From Guillardia theta CCMP2712 (lineage: Eukaryota; Protista; Cryptophyta): a DNA stretch of 64,000 nt. This document shows, piece by piece, positions 1-14,133 of the stretch. The notes under the pieces were generated by a model. It had not been told where the DNA came from and did no database searches. It saw nothing but the letters and a program-made list of their open reading frames with translations. The stretch is from assembly GCF_000315625.1 (NCBI RefSeq), contig NW_005434643.1, forward strand, positions 442 to 64,441, written 5' to 3'. Within the stretch, counting starts at the first letter, position 1; every line of letters starts with the position of its first letter. A program made the translations under genes and the position numbers.

Positions 1-125
1 CTCCTCTCCTTCTGTTTTCTCGTCCTCTTCCCTCCTCCTCCTCCTCCTCCTCCTCCTCCTCCTCCTCCTCCTCCTCCTCCTCCTCCTCCTTCTCCCTCCC
101 TCCCTTGTCATTCACCTCTTGGCAG

Positions 126-1255
126 GCGAGAGAGCTTGAGCTCTATGCGCTGCGTCAAGCAGACCTGATTGAGTCTGAGGTGAGCAGAAGGCGACTTCTT
201 CGTCCTCTCCCTTCACTTCCTCCCTCTCCCTCGCCCTGTCCCTGTCCCTGTCCCTCTCACTCCCTGTCCCTGTCCCTGTCCCTGTCCGTCTCCCTCCTCC
301 CTTCCTCCCTCTCTCTCTCTCTTCTATCCACGTCACCTTCTACTTGTTTACATCTTCATTCTCCTCTACCTTCCCGTCCTCTTTCTGCCTGACCTCCTCA
401 CTCACTCCCTCCCTCCCTTCAACTTTCTTCAGGCAAATGCGGCCACAAAGTTGCAACAGACTGCAAAAACTCGAACATTGGAGTTTCAGACAACAAGGCT
501 GCAAGTAAGATGGAAGAGATCCTCTCCTCCCTCCTCTCCTCTCCCTCCTCCCTCTCCCTCCTCCCTCTCCTCCCTTCTCTCCCTCCCCCTTCCCTGCCGC
601 CTCCCTTTCTCTTGTTGCTCCTCCTCCATGACTCTGACCCCAGCGGATGTACGAGGAAGTGGAGAGTAAGCAGGCGGCTGTCAATGACTCGGCAAGACAC
701 TTGGAGGAGCTGCGACAAGTACAGGAAGCTCGAATGGCGACTAAGGTGAGGAGAGGGGCGCGGGAACGGAGGGATGAAGAGAGAGGGAGGGAGGCAGGGA
801 GGAGGAGAGGCAGGGAGGAGGATGAGAGGCAGGGAGGAGGAGAAGAGGTAGGGAGGAGGAGGAGAGGTAGCTCCTAAATGGTTTCGAAGGAATGGAAGTG
901 GTCGATAGCAAGCAACGGGAAGGAATACTGGTGGAACAAAAGGACCAAAGAGAAATCATGGAAGGTCGCAACCTTCCTCTCCTGCCCCTGCTCTAGTCCT
1001 CCTGCTCCTGCTCCTCCTGCTCCTCCTCAACTCTGTGCCCCTCCCACCTTCTGCTCCTCCATCGCTCTCATCCCTCCTCTGCCCCTCCTTCTCCCTCCCT
1101 CCCCCTCCCTCTCCCTCCCTCTCCCTCCCTCTCCCTCCTAACAGCTTCAGCAGATTCCACCCGTTCTGTTGAGTCTAGGACAGGAGCTTGAGGACTACAA
1201 GGAGCTGATGAGATTCAGACCTAAGGGCTCCCGGCCCAGCACCTCCTTCACGTGA
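126..1255 (+). CDS. 3' part of a coiled-coil protein with a C-terminal WW domain (5' end outside the window)
   Basis: GT-AG exons 126-179, 433-504, 644-745, 890-964 and 1154-1255 join in frame. EWKWSIASNGKEYWWNKRTKEKSWK|IPP fits the WW consensus. TGA at 1253-1255. Confidence 0.75.
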
Positions 1256-1349
1256 TATCCGGGAGGCGCAGCGACAGAAATCAGAGTCTATAGACCAATC
1301 ACAGTGATCGACAACTTCTAGAACCTTCTCCTCCCTCCACTACCGCAAC

Positions 1350-1592
<243 letters not shown>

Positions 1593-1770
1593 TCGTGCTC
1601 CTCTTTCGCCTCCACCTCTCCCTCCTCTGACTCAACTGCCTCCGCCGTCTCCTCCTCTCTTCCCACCCCCTCCTTCCTTTCTCCCTCATCAAGAGCAGGC
1701 CTAACTTAACTAGTCCCTCGTCCTCCCTCCTCCAGCACTCCTCTGTCGTCTCCCAGCTCCTCCTCTTCGG

Positions 1771-4561
<2,791 letters not shown>

Positions 4562-4769
4562 GGCGTTGGCGTTTCAGGTTCTGCTCAGACTCTCTCAGTC
4601 AGACCGCAAGTTTCTCCATCTCTGCGACATCCCTCGGCGCCTCACTGGCCGCACCCGCATGGTCTCTCAACCACAAACCTCTTTCACCTTCCCTGCCATT
4701 TCCCGCGCCATCTGACCACCTTTACTCAATTTCACTTTAATTCTATTTAGCTAATTAGATACAGCAATG

Positions 4770-5225
4770 CACCCGGTGACCGGGCCCGGGCCGGTACGAT
4801 CATCGGACACCATCACTATCCGGTACGCCGCCGCCTAATCACCCGGTGGCACTGACAGTGCTCAGTCCGAGAGCCATCCATGAAGTGATGGCATCAGCGA
4901 GGCCCGGTCAGCGGCATCCCCGGGCCGATTCAGTCTGTCCAGCCGGGGCTGTCAGAGCTGTCAGAACTCTGGGTCAATTCAATCCGACGTCAAGTTGCGA
5001 CCGACAGCCTGCCGCGCTCCCGGCTGACTCGAATGTCTCCCCCCTCCCCCTCCCTGTCCTTCCGGGCCTTTCCCTGGCGCGGTGACGGTGTGACCAGGTG
5101 CCACGGTGTGAGGGGAATGGGCGAAGGCACCGCGGTCACGACGGTGCCTGGCGGCGGGTTACGGGTCAGTACTTCACGGGGCTGAACTTCGGCCTCGAAA
5201 TCGCAGACATGAATTTTCAAAAGTT
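4770..5225. other. GC-rich intergenic tract rich in CCGG/GGCC/CAGTG/GACTC words and short palindromes
   Basis: Abrupt compositional change upstream of the KATNAL2 start. No credible ORF. Same word set as 30230-30460, 34270-35750, 44450-44990 and 54775-55790. Confidence 0.6.
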
Positions 5226-5258
5226 TCATTGACCGATGAGATGGGTGAGGGAAGTCGC

Positions 5259-5547
5259 TTAGCTGTACTTGTCCATGAAAGACTGATTGAACTTGCGCTG
5301 AGAAGAAGGCTGGTTAGTCACGAGAGGGGCGAAAACAAAAAGAGAGCCAACCAGCTTGTCAATGACGTCGTCCATCTTGCTCTCACTAGGCAGGAAGGTG
5401 GTGCGGAAATGAAAGCTCCCTGTTTCACATGAAGAACGTCAGATCGCCTCAAGCGCGGGCTTGCTGAGAGGCAGACCTTGCTTCTGTCGGAAACCGGAGC
5501 CGGGCACCTGTTGGGCAGGAAACGATTTAGACACAGAAAACAAACGC

Positions 5548-5630
<83 letters not shown>

Positions 5631-7340
5631 ACTCACCACACAGATTCCCGTTGCATCTAACAACTCTACCGCATAGAAGGTGTCCGGTGTCATCCCTGTC
5701 GCAGTCCTTTACTCCCTTCGGGAATTGACTTGTATGAAAGACCTGCTTCCTTGGCTGCCTGCACCGCAGACGGCGGTAGGTGAATAGACGGAAAAGCGTA
5801 CATGGCGCCTCCAATCTCAGTGCAGGTGATGTTCTTCATGCTGGCAAGGCGAAGTCAGGTACACAATCGGCAGCCTGGGCATGCTCCCGGAAAACAATCT
5901 GACCAACCTATTCAGGGCAGCATGCAGCTTCTGAGACCGTCGCTTGAGGGATTCAAACAGGTCCTTCATCTCTCTCTGCCCCCCCGGTTCAGGGAGCAAC
6001 AAAGGGCAGCCATGCATTCCTGACCTCATACTGATCGTGAGACGGATCTCCTTTCGCCGGCGGGTTGACCATCAAGTCAACAATGATCTGCCCAGCGATG
6101 TTCGAACACAGACTGATGGAAAACAGCTGTTGCGAAGCAGCGAGTCACCTCAGCGACCGGAACCGCACGTTGCTCACATACCTTATAGATTTGCTCGACC
6201 ACGACCGGGTCGATGTTGATCAGCTCCATGTAACCTCCGCGCCTTCCGCACTCTCCGATCATCCCCTTGGAGACCGAGTGATACGAGATCAACTCGACGT
6301 TGCTCTTCATGTGCGTCACAACTTTGCGGAAAGATGTGAAAGGAACCTGAGGAACACTCAGTGACATGCAAAGGGATGGTTGTGCACATACGTCCCCATA
6401 TACATTCGCTTGGTAAACTTCATCTGCCAGTATCACAAGATTGTTGCGCTCACAAAACTCCACGACTTGGCGAATATTTGCCTCCGTAAGGCATTGCCCA
6501 GTGGGATTTCCAGGGTTAATCACCGCAAGTGCCCTGACGTTTGTGCCCTTTGAAGCAAGTCAAGACATGGAAACAAACTGAGCGAGGAGGAAAGGTAACC
6601 TGATTCCTAGCCTCCCTCAACGCCCGATCAAGCTCAGAAACATCCAAAGTCCACCCCTGCGATTCGTCCAGGTAGTACCCCACCGCTCTCCCGCCGTTCA
6701 GCGAGATGGTGGCAGTGTACAGCGGGTACTGAGGGATGGGTATCATGATGCCATCAAGCTCGTTCTTCACAAGACACATGATCGAGATGTGGACCCCCTG
6801 GCTTGCGCCGTCAGTGAGAAAGATGTCATCAGCGTACGCCGTGACTCCATCTCTCTTCGCAATGAACTTGGCTACATTCTCCCTGACGTGCCGTAGACCT
6901 TGACTCTCACTATAGGCTCCTGTGCCGCCAGGTGTGTTCTTGTGAAAGTCTTTTGCGCGGGCGATGGCATCGGCAGGGAATACTTCCGAGCAGCCTTGCA
7001 TGTCCAACAAGTCTGGATAGTCTGTCAGCGCCAAGACCTGACGGAAAAACGTGATCGGCTTCTGCTTCAACTGGTGAGGGTTGCCGATGTTGCAGTACAG
7101 GATCTCATTAAAAGGCAGCGTTTGTTTCTGTTGCAGGGCACGTTCGTGCTGCATCGCGCGAAGGACAAGGGCACCACGGACGGCATACTGCGCTTCGAGC
7201 ACCTTAGGATTGATGGAGTCAGGAGTCAACTGCATGCTGCGGACAAAACTGATTGGGAGCGAGGCAGATTTCCTTAGCCTGCCGATGGTGGCTGAAAAAA
7301 CTCCACATTGGGTGGATTTGTTAAAGACAAGACGCTGCAT
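5259..7340 (-). CDS. Alanine aminotransferase (PLP-dependent, class I), probable organellar transit peptide
   Basis: INPKVLEAQYAVRG, CNIGNPHQ, GAYSESQG, FLTDGAS, PIPQYPLY, INPGNPTGQ, LADEVYQ, PLP-lysine motif HSVSKGMIGECGRRGGY, VPGSGFRQK. Last exon RKFNQSFMDKYS* with stop at 5259-5261. Confidence 0.93.
5547..5630. repeat. (CTGT)n tetranucleotide microsatellite in an alanine aminotransferase intron
   Basis: About 20 perfect copies, directly visible. Confidence 0.95.
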
Positions 7341-8547
7341 AGATGTGAAAATGTCCAGAGTGACAGAGAGACTACACAGAGAAGGGATCAAATCCACTGC
7401 AGCGATTCAGATCTTATGGAGACGACTGTGAATGAATGCGGCCAGTTCCTCCCATTGTCTATCTTGGCATGGTGGAGACCCTGAAAACACAGCAGTTTTA
7501 GGGAAAACAAGGCACAAAGCATTGCAACTGAAACTAGAACAAGTTCATTCTCCCCAAGATTTCAGTGGAAAGGGATTGGCGTGCAAAACAAGTTCAACAG
7601 ACCGAACATCATGCCAAAATTATGGCGAGTTTATCACGGGAGTACTGCTCTTTCCATCAACATTCCTTTGAACATGAGAGGAGAGTGGGTATCTCATTAT
7701 CGAAATTTGTTGAATCAAGGAAAAGAAATTCATCAGAAGCTACACTTCATCCTCACGACCCGCAATATCTGCTGCTTCATAACTTTGTCTCGGGCATTGC
7801 ACCGTCAACTACCCTGCCCTCAAGACTCCACAGGGAACACCCTGTCCTCTTCCTCTTCTCTCCCTCCATCATGTCAGTGCTACCATGTTAAGATGTGCAA
7901 GAGCATGCGAAGTGCTGCATATCAGCATGGGCAACGAAGCGGTGCCATACAACAGGCCAGTGCGGGGAGCCAGCATGCGGCGCTGCAAGAATTGGGGAGG
8001 AAGGTCTTTGGGGTGGGGGGTAGTTCCATCTAGGGTACTTCTTCACATACAGGGTGTAGTGGTACTTGTGTACCTACTTGTTAGTAACAATTTTGAAGTC
8101 AAAGTGAGGGTATGAGATAAATGAAGGGGGTACTTGAATTAGGGAGTGGGTAGGGACCTTTGTAGGAGGAATGTGGGTGGGTAGTGAACAAATTTGCGGA
8201 TTTCACCTATTATCGGAAACTTTGGAAGTTTCAAAACATTGAGAGTTTAGGCACTGAAAGTTTACGAGTACACTTGAAAGTTTCAAACTTTGAAGGGGTG
8301 GACGAATTATTGGCAGAGCAGACGGGATAGAGAGGAAGAAGAGAAGGGAGAAGGGAGGAAGGAACAAGGAGGAAGGAGGAAGGAGGAGGAAGGAAAGAGG
8401 AGGAAGTGGCAGCACGAGGACCCACCAGCAAGAACAAGCTTGTGGAAGAGTGAGCTAGAAGCTACTTGGAGAGGAGAAGAGGCGACCAGGGCAAACAAAG
8501 CAGCACTTTGAAATTCGATTCAGGCCGGACGGGGTTGCGTCAGCCAA

Positions 8548-9400
8548 TGCAAGGAGGGACTGGGCGTGCGGGAGCGAAGAGCATGAAGGGATATCATCAC
8601 GTGGATATTGTTGTTCCCTCGTCCTCCATCGATGATGAGCAGAATCGGGCTCCTAAGTCAGAGTCGGCGAATCAAGCCGACGCCGGGCCATCGGATGATG
8701 GCGTGTCGAGCATGACTCGCTTCTCGGGAGACTGTGTCAAAGTGTTCTGGTCCAAGAAGGCGAAGTTTGTTAGTCAGGACCCCTGGCCAGTTGTGCAGAA
8801 GCCTGCTACACGCCATGGCCATGAAGTCTACCTTGAACACGGCGAGGACAGTTCGATTCCATCGGATGTTGCAGAGGATGGATCGAAGGTGGACGACCAG
8901 GGTGTTCCAGATGAAGACTATGGCGCCTTTGACAGAGGCCCTTTTGTTGTACACCCGACCAACAGCTCCCTGGCAAACACACAAAGAACATTTTTATTGT
9001 GAAGATGCTCTCGATTACAAAACGCTTTCTTGTTTTCCTAGCAATTGACATCAACTGACTTGGTTACAAATTTCATATCTGCGATGGTTTCCTAAGCTCA
9101 ATATTTGTTTCTCCTGCTACTCATTTCTTCGCTATATGTTTGTGGAATATCTTCTCTAGAGGAGCTTCACATTGCTTCACAAGATCAGGAATATGTACGA
9201 GTACGTTAAGACACGGTTGGTCGTACATGGCACAATCAAAATTCACAGGCAACTTATTAGTTCACTTGTGTTGAGCTTGTGGTCAGTGGGATCAGTCATG
9301 CACAGATCATTATTGGACTACAATGATGCAAAGCCGGTGTTTGTATTTGAGTCGGCTTCCCTTCTCTTTCATATCCTTCAATGTACATTCATAGCATATC
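8548..9400 (+). CDS. Hypothetical protein; downstream exons unresolved, possibly degenerate
   Basis: Coding-like ORF to 9002 (...DEDYGAFDRGPFVVHPTNSSL). No clean continuation found. Confidence 0.3.
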
Positions 9401-11850
9401 GCAGTACAACTAGCCGCTGCTGCTGCTGCTCCCTGCTCCTCCTGCCCACCTTTTGATGCGACTCCATGTCTCTCTTCTCAAGCTCCAAGAAAGCAGCATT
9501 TCTCTCCGCAAACTGAAAGAATGCAGGTCAGAAACCTCAGCTGTGACAGAATCGAATCATCCATAACAACATTCAACTTTTGATATTTCTTGATACACTA
9601 CATGTCCAGCGCAGCATGTAACGGGAAAAAAATCGAGGCAGTAGCAGGAGTGGCAGGAGCGGCAGGAGCGGCAGGAGCGGCAGGAGTGGCAGCAGCGGCA
9701 GCAGTCTCGGGCCCGAACCAAGAAGTATGCTTGTTCATGTTCCGCGATCAGAAGAGACCTCAAGAGTCTTCTGCAACTTTTGAATCTCTGCTATGCTTGC
9801 AATGGGTTTCTTGGTACCTCAACACATAATTATGCCCTCGCGGTCAGCCGCCACGGACTTCGGCTCTCCAGGTGTTCCATCAAGTGTGTGACCTGCTTTC
9901 GATCTCGGTGTTGTGTGTACAACAGTTGGCTACAAAAGTCGGTAAATTGCACCTACAAGATGCGATTGCATACACACACAGGTCACACGTGGAAATGAAG
10001 CTAGATTTGATTTATGTACAACAGAGTCTTTACATTTTGGGTGTGCCGTGTATGATGCAACTTAGCACACATGCAAGGCTTTCCTGTGTACGCAGCAGTC
10101 AGGGTGCAGGCGGCCGCTACTCCGCTTGCGAAAGGTCCAGCATTTCCTTGGATACTGCTCGATCATCAAGTGCACCAAGGTGTTTACTGGCCTCGGCATC
10201 TCTCGTACAACACGATCCCTGTTGCGTGAAACAGAGTACGCTTGCCGAGTTGCAGTGCCTTGTAGTGGGTACGTTCGCCCAGCCTAGACGCATCATGTTC
10301 AGGGCTACTAGCACACCACAGCGGCTTCTTATCGCAGTATCAACCTTTTACGATTTTCTGCATGATGTCGCCAAGTCGTTACCACTAGGCCAATCCAGTA
10401 ACGCATAGTGGGTGCGATCATCACTTCCCCTTGCCCGGAACTTGGTGTCGTCGCTGCACGAGGACACTGATTTTGGCCTTGCAGCCCCGGGCCGACCCAA
10501 CGGTCCCGGCACCGGTATGAGGCCATCCGGTCCTTACGTCTGAAGTTGCACCAGTCGGAGCGAGTTCGGCAAATGCCTAACTGCTCGATGGTCGAGGACG
10601 GTAAGTTCCCCGCACGTCTTCAGCGTTAAGGTTTCGGTGTGCACTCATATCAGACCTTTCAAGTGCCTTTCAGCGAGCATAACACGGCGTTCCCACGTGC
10701 CTCTGCGTTTCTCCTAGCGTTTCAATTACGCTTTCAGAGAAGAGCGCTTGACATCTTTGAGGTGATAAGAAGGTGACTGCTATTTCACACTCTGCTGATC
10801 GTGTGGGGAAGCAGACGCAACCCTGACATCGCGCTTTGCAATATCAACTAGCTTCATGGAAGTTTAGAGCAACTGGTAGCGATTCGCACCCAGTCGGAAC
10901 CCCTACCGGGGTATCAAGAGTACGTCATGCGCTTTCGAATGAAAGCACCTGAGACGCGCCATCGCCCTGACTGACAATCACTTCACATGTCACCATGTCA
11001 GCCCATCGTGATGGGGAAGCTGTGCTATGAAACTCTACTCCGTTCTCCCACTTTCTGATTAGAGACTCCGATGACGCATCTGCGTCACTACTCTCTCAGG
11101 GAAATACCTGAGGAGTGCTTCGCAAAATGGTCTCGAATATCTCACACCAGAGGAATCTACCTGCAGCGAGGTAGCAGCTTTGATTCTCTGATAGCTTTTT
11201 CAGCTTCAGGAACTGAGCTTCAGTCCAGGTCCACACGTCAGCTCGGCGGGGTCACTTGCGGATCCCCACTTACTTTATCGTGCGACTCGACATCCTGAAC
11301 CTCGGCCAGACACGAAGTCTAGAGCACCGATGGTACAGGAACGTAAGGACAAGAGCTGCTTCAACTTGCAGTTTGTCCCTCAGAGCGTGTGAAGATTGTA
11401 CTTTACATACATTGACTCACAACTTGCTTGCCTTCCAAAATAATTTCGGAAGTTCGCGATCGTCGTCTGCCTTCATCGTTTCGGTTGAGGTTTCAACCCT
11501 CAGAGCCGTTTCGGTCTGGCATGATCGCTATCATCTTCACTGCCCATAGCTTCCGCTTGACTTGCGGTTTTCACGTGCTTCGGTGCAGTTGACTCTACTC
11601 TTGGAGCGGCGATCAACATGTCGGTAGGGACACATCCTTTGGTCCTTGTCATTCTTATTCGGCATTTGAGACGTAAACATTTTGCTTGGAAATTCGAGCA
11701 CTTCGAAAATCTTGCATATCCGTCTCAGGGAAGCAGCATCGTTGGTTTCTGTACAGTCTTGTGTCTCGTCGAAGGTAACGACAGCATTCTTTGTCTTCTG
11801 ATACATGTGGGAATGTAGCCTCGGGTCGCTATCATGCTAGTCGATCCTTT
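9400..11850 (-). pseudogene. Coding-like but stop-interrupted region, possible gene or element relic
   Basis: Minus-strand fragments look proteinaceous (FAERNAAFLELEKRDMESHQK; GPETAAAAATPAAPAAPA; MYQKTKNAVVTFDETQDC) but are broken by in-frame stops that plausible introns do not remove. Confidence 0.25.
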
Positions 11851-12029
11851 GCTCGTGAAGCTCAGTCAAAATCGCTGTTTCTCTTCGAGTCTTGGGTCTT
11901 GGAGGTCTTGGGTCTTGGAGGTCTTGGGTCTTGGGAGTTCCTGGTCGACGGTAGGCAATCTACTGCACGGGCAAGCGCCATCTCGTTTCCATACCGTCTC
12001 CTCTTGACGCTTCGAGGTGGGGGCCGTCC

Positions 12030-13350
12030 TTTCGTCTCCCCAGCATCCACCAACCCCACCCCTCTAAATTCTCTATTACCCCACCCTCTGTATTTCTTCA
12101 TGGGACAATTTACTCATTGGTGGGGTACTTGACCCCACCCATCCAATTATCGTTGAATTGAAACTGCATGTGTATGAAGCCAACGATTTCATGACCCCCA
12201 CCCTGATAGAACATGGATGTGGAAACCTGCGGACTACCCACTCTCGAGAAAGTACCCACCTGTTGAACGAGTGCGCATCTCACCACCCCCTTGTTGAGAA
12301 CCCCTACATATCCAGCAACGCTTTGCCCCCGAAGGTTGCCGTCTGAGGTCATGGTAAGGGTGGGTAGATGATTTGTAAGGAGGGGTACTGGTAGGCAGAA
12401 TCGAATCTAGGTGGGTACTCTCACAACCAAGACAGAAGAATACCGGGTGATATAACCTCTGTTGGTAGGTGAGAGAGGGGTGGATGCGATCCATGACGCA
12501 AGTTTTAGGGTAGTGGGTTGTTGGTCATACAATCCTTGAGGTGGGTGGTCGCAGCGTCTAGTGTGGGGTTCTCGATCGACGTACGGAGTAGGCGGAATCC
12601 GAGATTTTGGGGAGAAATTTCAAATATTACTATGTGTGAATCTTTCTATAGATGTATATTTCATTCTTTACCCCTACGCCGCTTCAAAATACCCCTCCTT
12701 GGTGGGTAGTAATACCATGGACTCAAAATTAAGTGAAAATAAGTAAAAGGAAAATGTTTACTCACACCTTGACCAGTACACTTTGAGTAAACCCTGCCCT
12801 CGCACGGCTTTTTTTTTTTTTTTTGCTCTGAATTGATCAGTAGATCATTTACGAAGTTCAGTATGAAGGCCTCTTCCGGCGCCTTGCCCGGGGCCCGATT
12901 CGGGGCCGGGACCCACCCCCGTTCTGAGGCGAGTCATGGGATAGGTAGTCTGACCTCCTACCCCTTGTATTCTCAAATTTTATGGGATTTTGACGGGGTA
13001 CTACATATGATTGCATACTACCCTACCCCCACTAGATTCCACTGAACAAATGTACGTAATAGCACCCCCTCGAGATATACCTGGAAATGACACCGGTGGT
13101 GCTTCTAGAGATGTGACTCTTTGATCAGAGGGGGTAGGGGTAATATCACACCCGTCGAATATCAGGAATAACAAGGGGTGATAATGTCAACAAGATTTGG
13201 ATCTGCTAGGTAGGGTAGTGTCCCCCGGTAAGGCCCTTGATGACCCTACACAGGGTACTCTGCTTACCATCAGGTCTTGTACAGGGGTAGTACATGGGAA
13301 ACAAGGGGGTCATTTGCGTCCGGCAGGGGTGTAGTATGAGGGGTAGGGAG
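12030..13350. other. GGGTA/TACCC-rich intergenic tract upstream of cpeA
   Basis: Dozens of GGGGTA, GGGTAG, TACCCC and CTACCC words on both strands. No credible ORF. Similar tracts at ~8005-8190, 16780-17065, 30570-30740, 44090-44435 and 54080-54240. Confidence 0.6.
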
Positions 13351-13410
13351 GTGACGCGTAACAAATATTTGGCTTTATCGTGGGAGGAACAATCCCTGTT
13401 GAACATCAAC

Positions 13411-14084
13411 ATGGCCAGCAAGGTACGAACATGGACTTTGGGATGAAGATGGCAATGGAGTGGAGTGGAGGGCATGGGAAGATAGGAATAGGAAGATGCG
13501 GGAGAACATGAGAGGAAGAGGAAGAGGAAGAGGAAGATGAGGGAGGGGACAGAGGAGCGGATGCGATTTTAAGACCACTGAAGGAGCGAGGAGAGACCAA
13601 TCCAGGAATTGGCAATTCCTGCTAGGATAGGGATGAAACATGTAGAAAGGGTTAGGAGGCACGATGGGATATCCTTACTCAGCGCAAAGAGCTTCTTTTT
13701 TCACCAACTTAACTCAGTCTGCACAGGTTCTCGCTTTCTCCGCTTTGGTTGCTTCCGCTTCCGCGTTTGCCCCCGGCGCCTCCGTGCAGCCCCGCCTCCG
13801 CTCCGGAGCCACCTCCGTCAGCATGACCATGGACAAGTCCAACCGTGCTCCCGTCGTCACTGTCTTCGACCACAGGGGATGCCAGCGCGGAAAGAGGAAC
13901 ACCGAGTACCAGGGCCTTCCCGCTAACTCCCAGGACGACGAGATGCTCGTCAAGGTGACTTGCTGCTGACCTGCTCAGTGACTGAGTCTGACGATGACGG
14001 CAGGTCGCCATGCAGAAGGTTGCCATCAACGAGGCCGCTGCCACCGACTTGGTCCAGCAGCTCCTCGGAACTTTGAAGAAGTAA
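13411..14084 (+). CDS. cpeA: Cryptophyte phycoerythrin alpha subunit, short type, with signal and transit peptide
   Basis: Exons 13411-13422 (MASK, donor AAG|GTACG), 13727-13954 and 14004-14084 give MASKVLAFSALVASASA-FAP...SM-TMDKSNRAPVVTVFDHRGC...QDDEMLVKVAMQKVAINEAAATDLVQQLLGTLKK*. Contains the AP..TVFDHRGC bilin-binding motif and DDEM motif. Confidence 0.95.
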
Positions 14085-14133
14085 ATATCTCTTGTATGTT
14101 GTATCACATAGCATTAAAACTACAAAAATACAT

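Noticed and set aside
12030-13350. Interstitial telomeric repeat explanation for the GGGTA words
   Set aside because: No tandem periodicity, and the words occur on both strands intermixed.
13664-13726. ORF-track start MGYPYSAQ... for cpeA
   Set aside because: It lies within intron 1. The upstream exon ATGGCCAGCAAG|GTACG gives a proper signal peptide.
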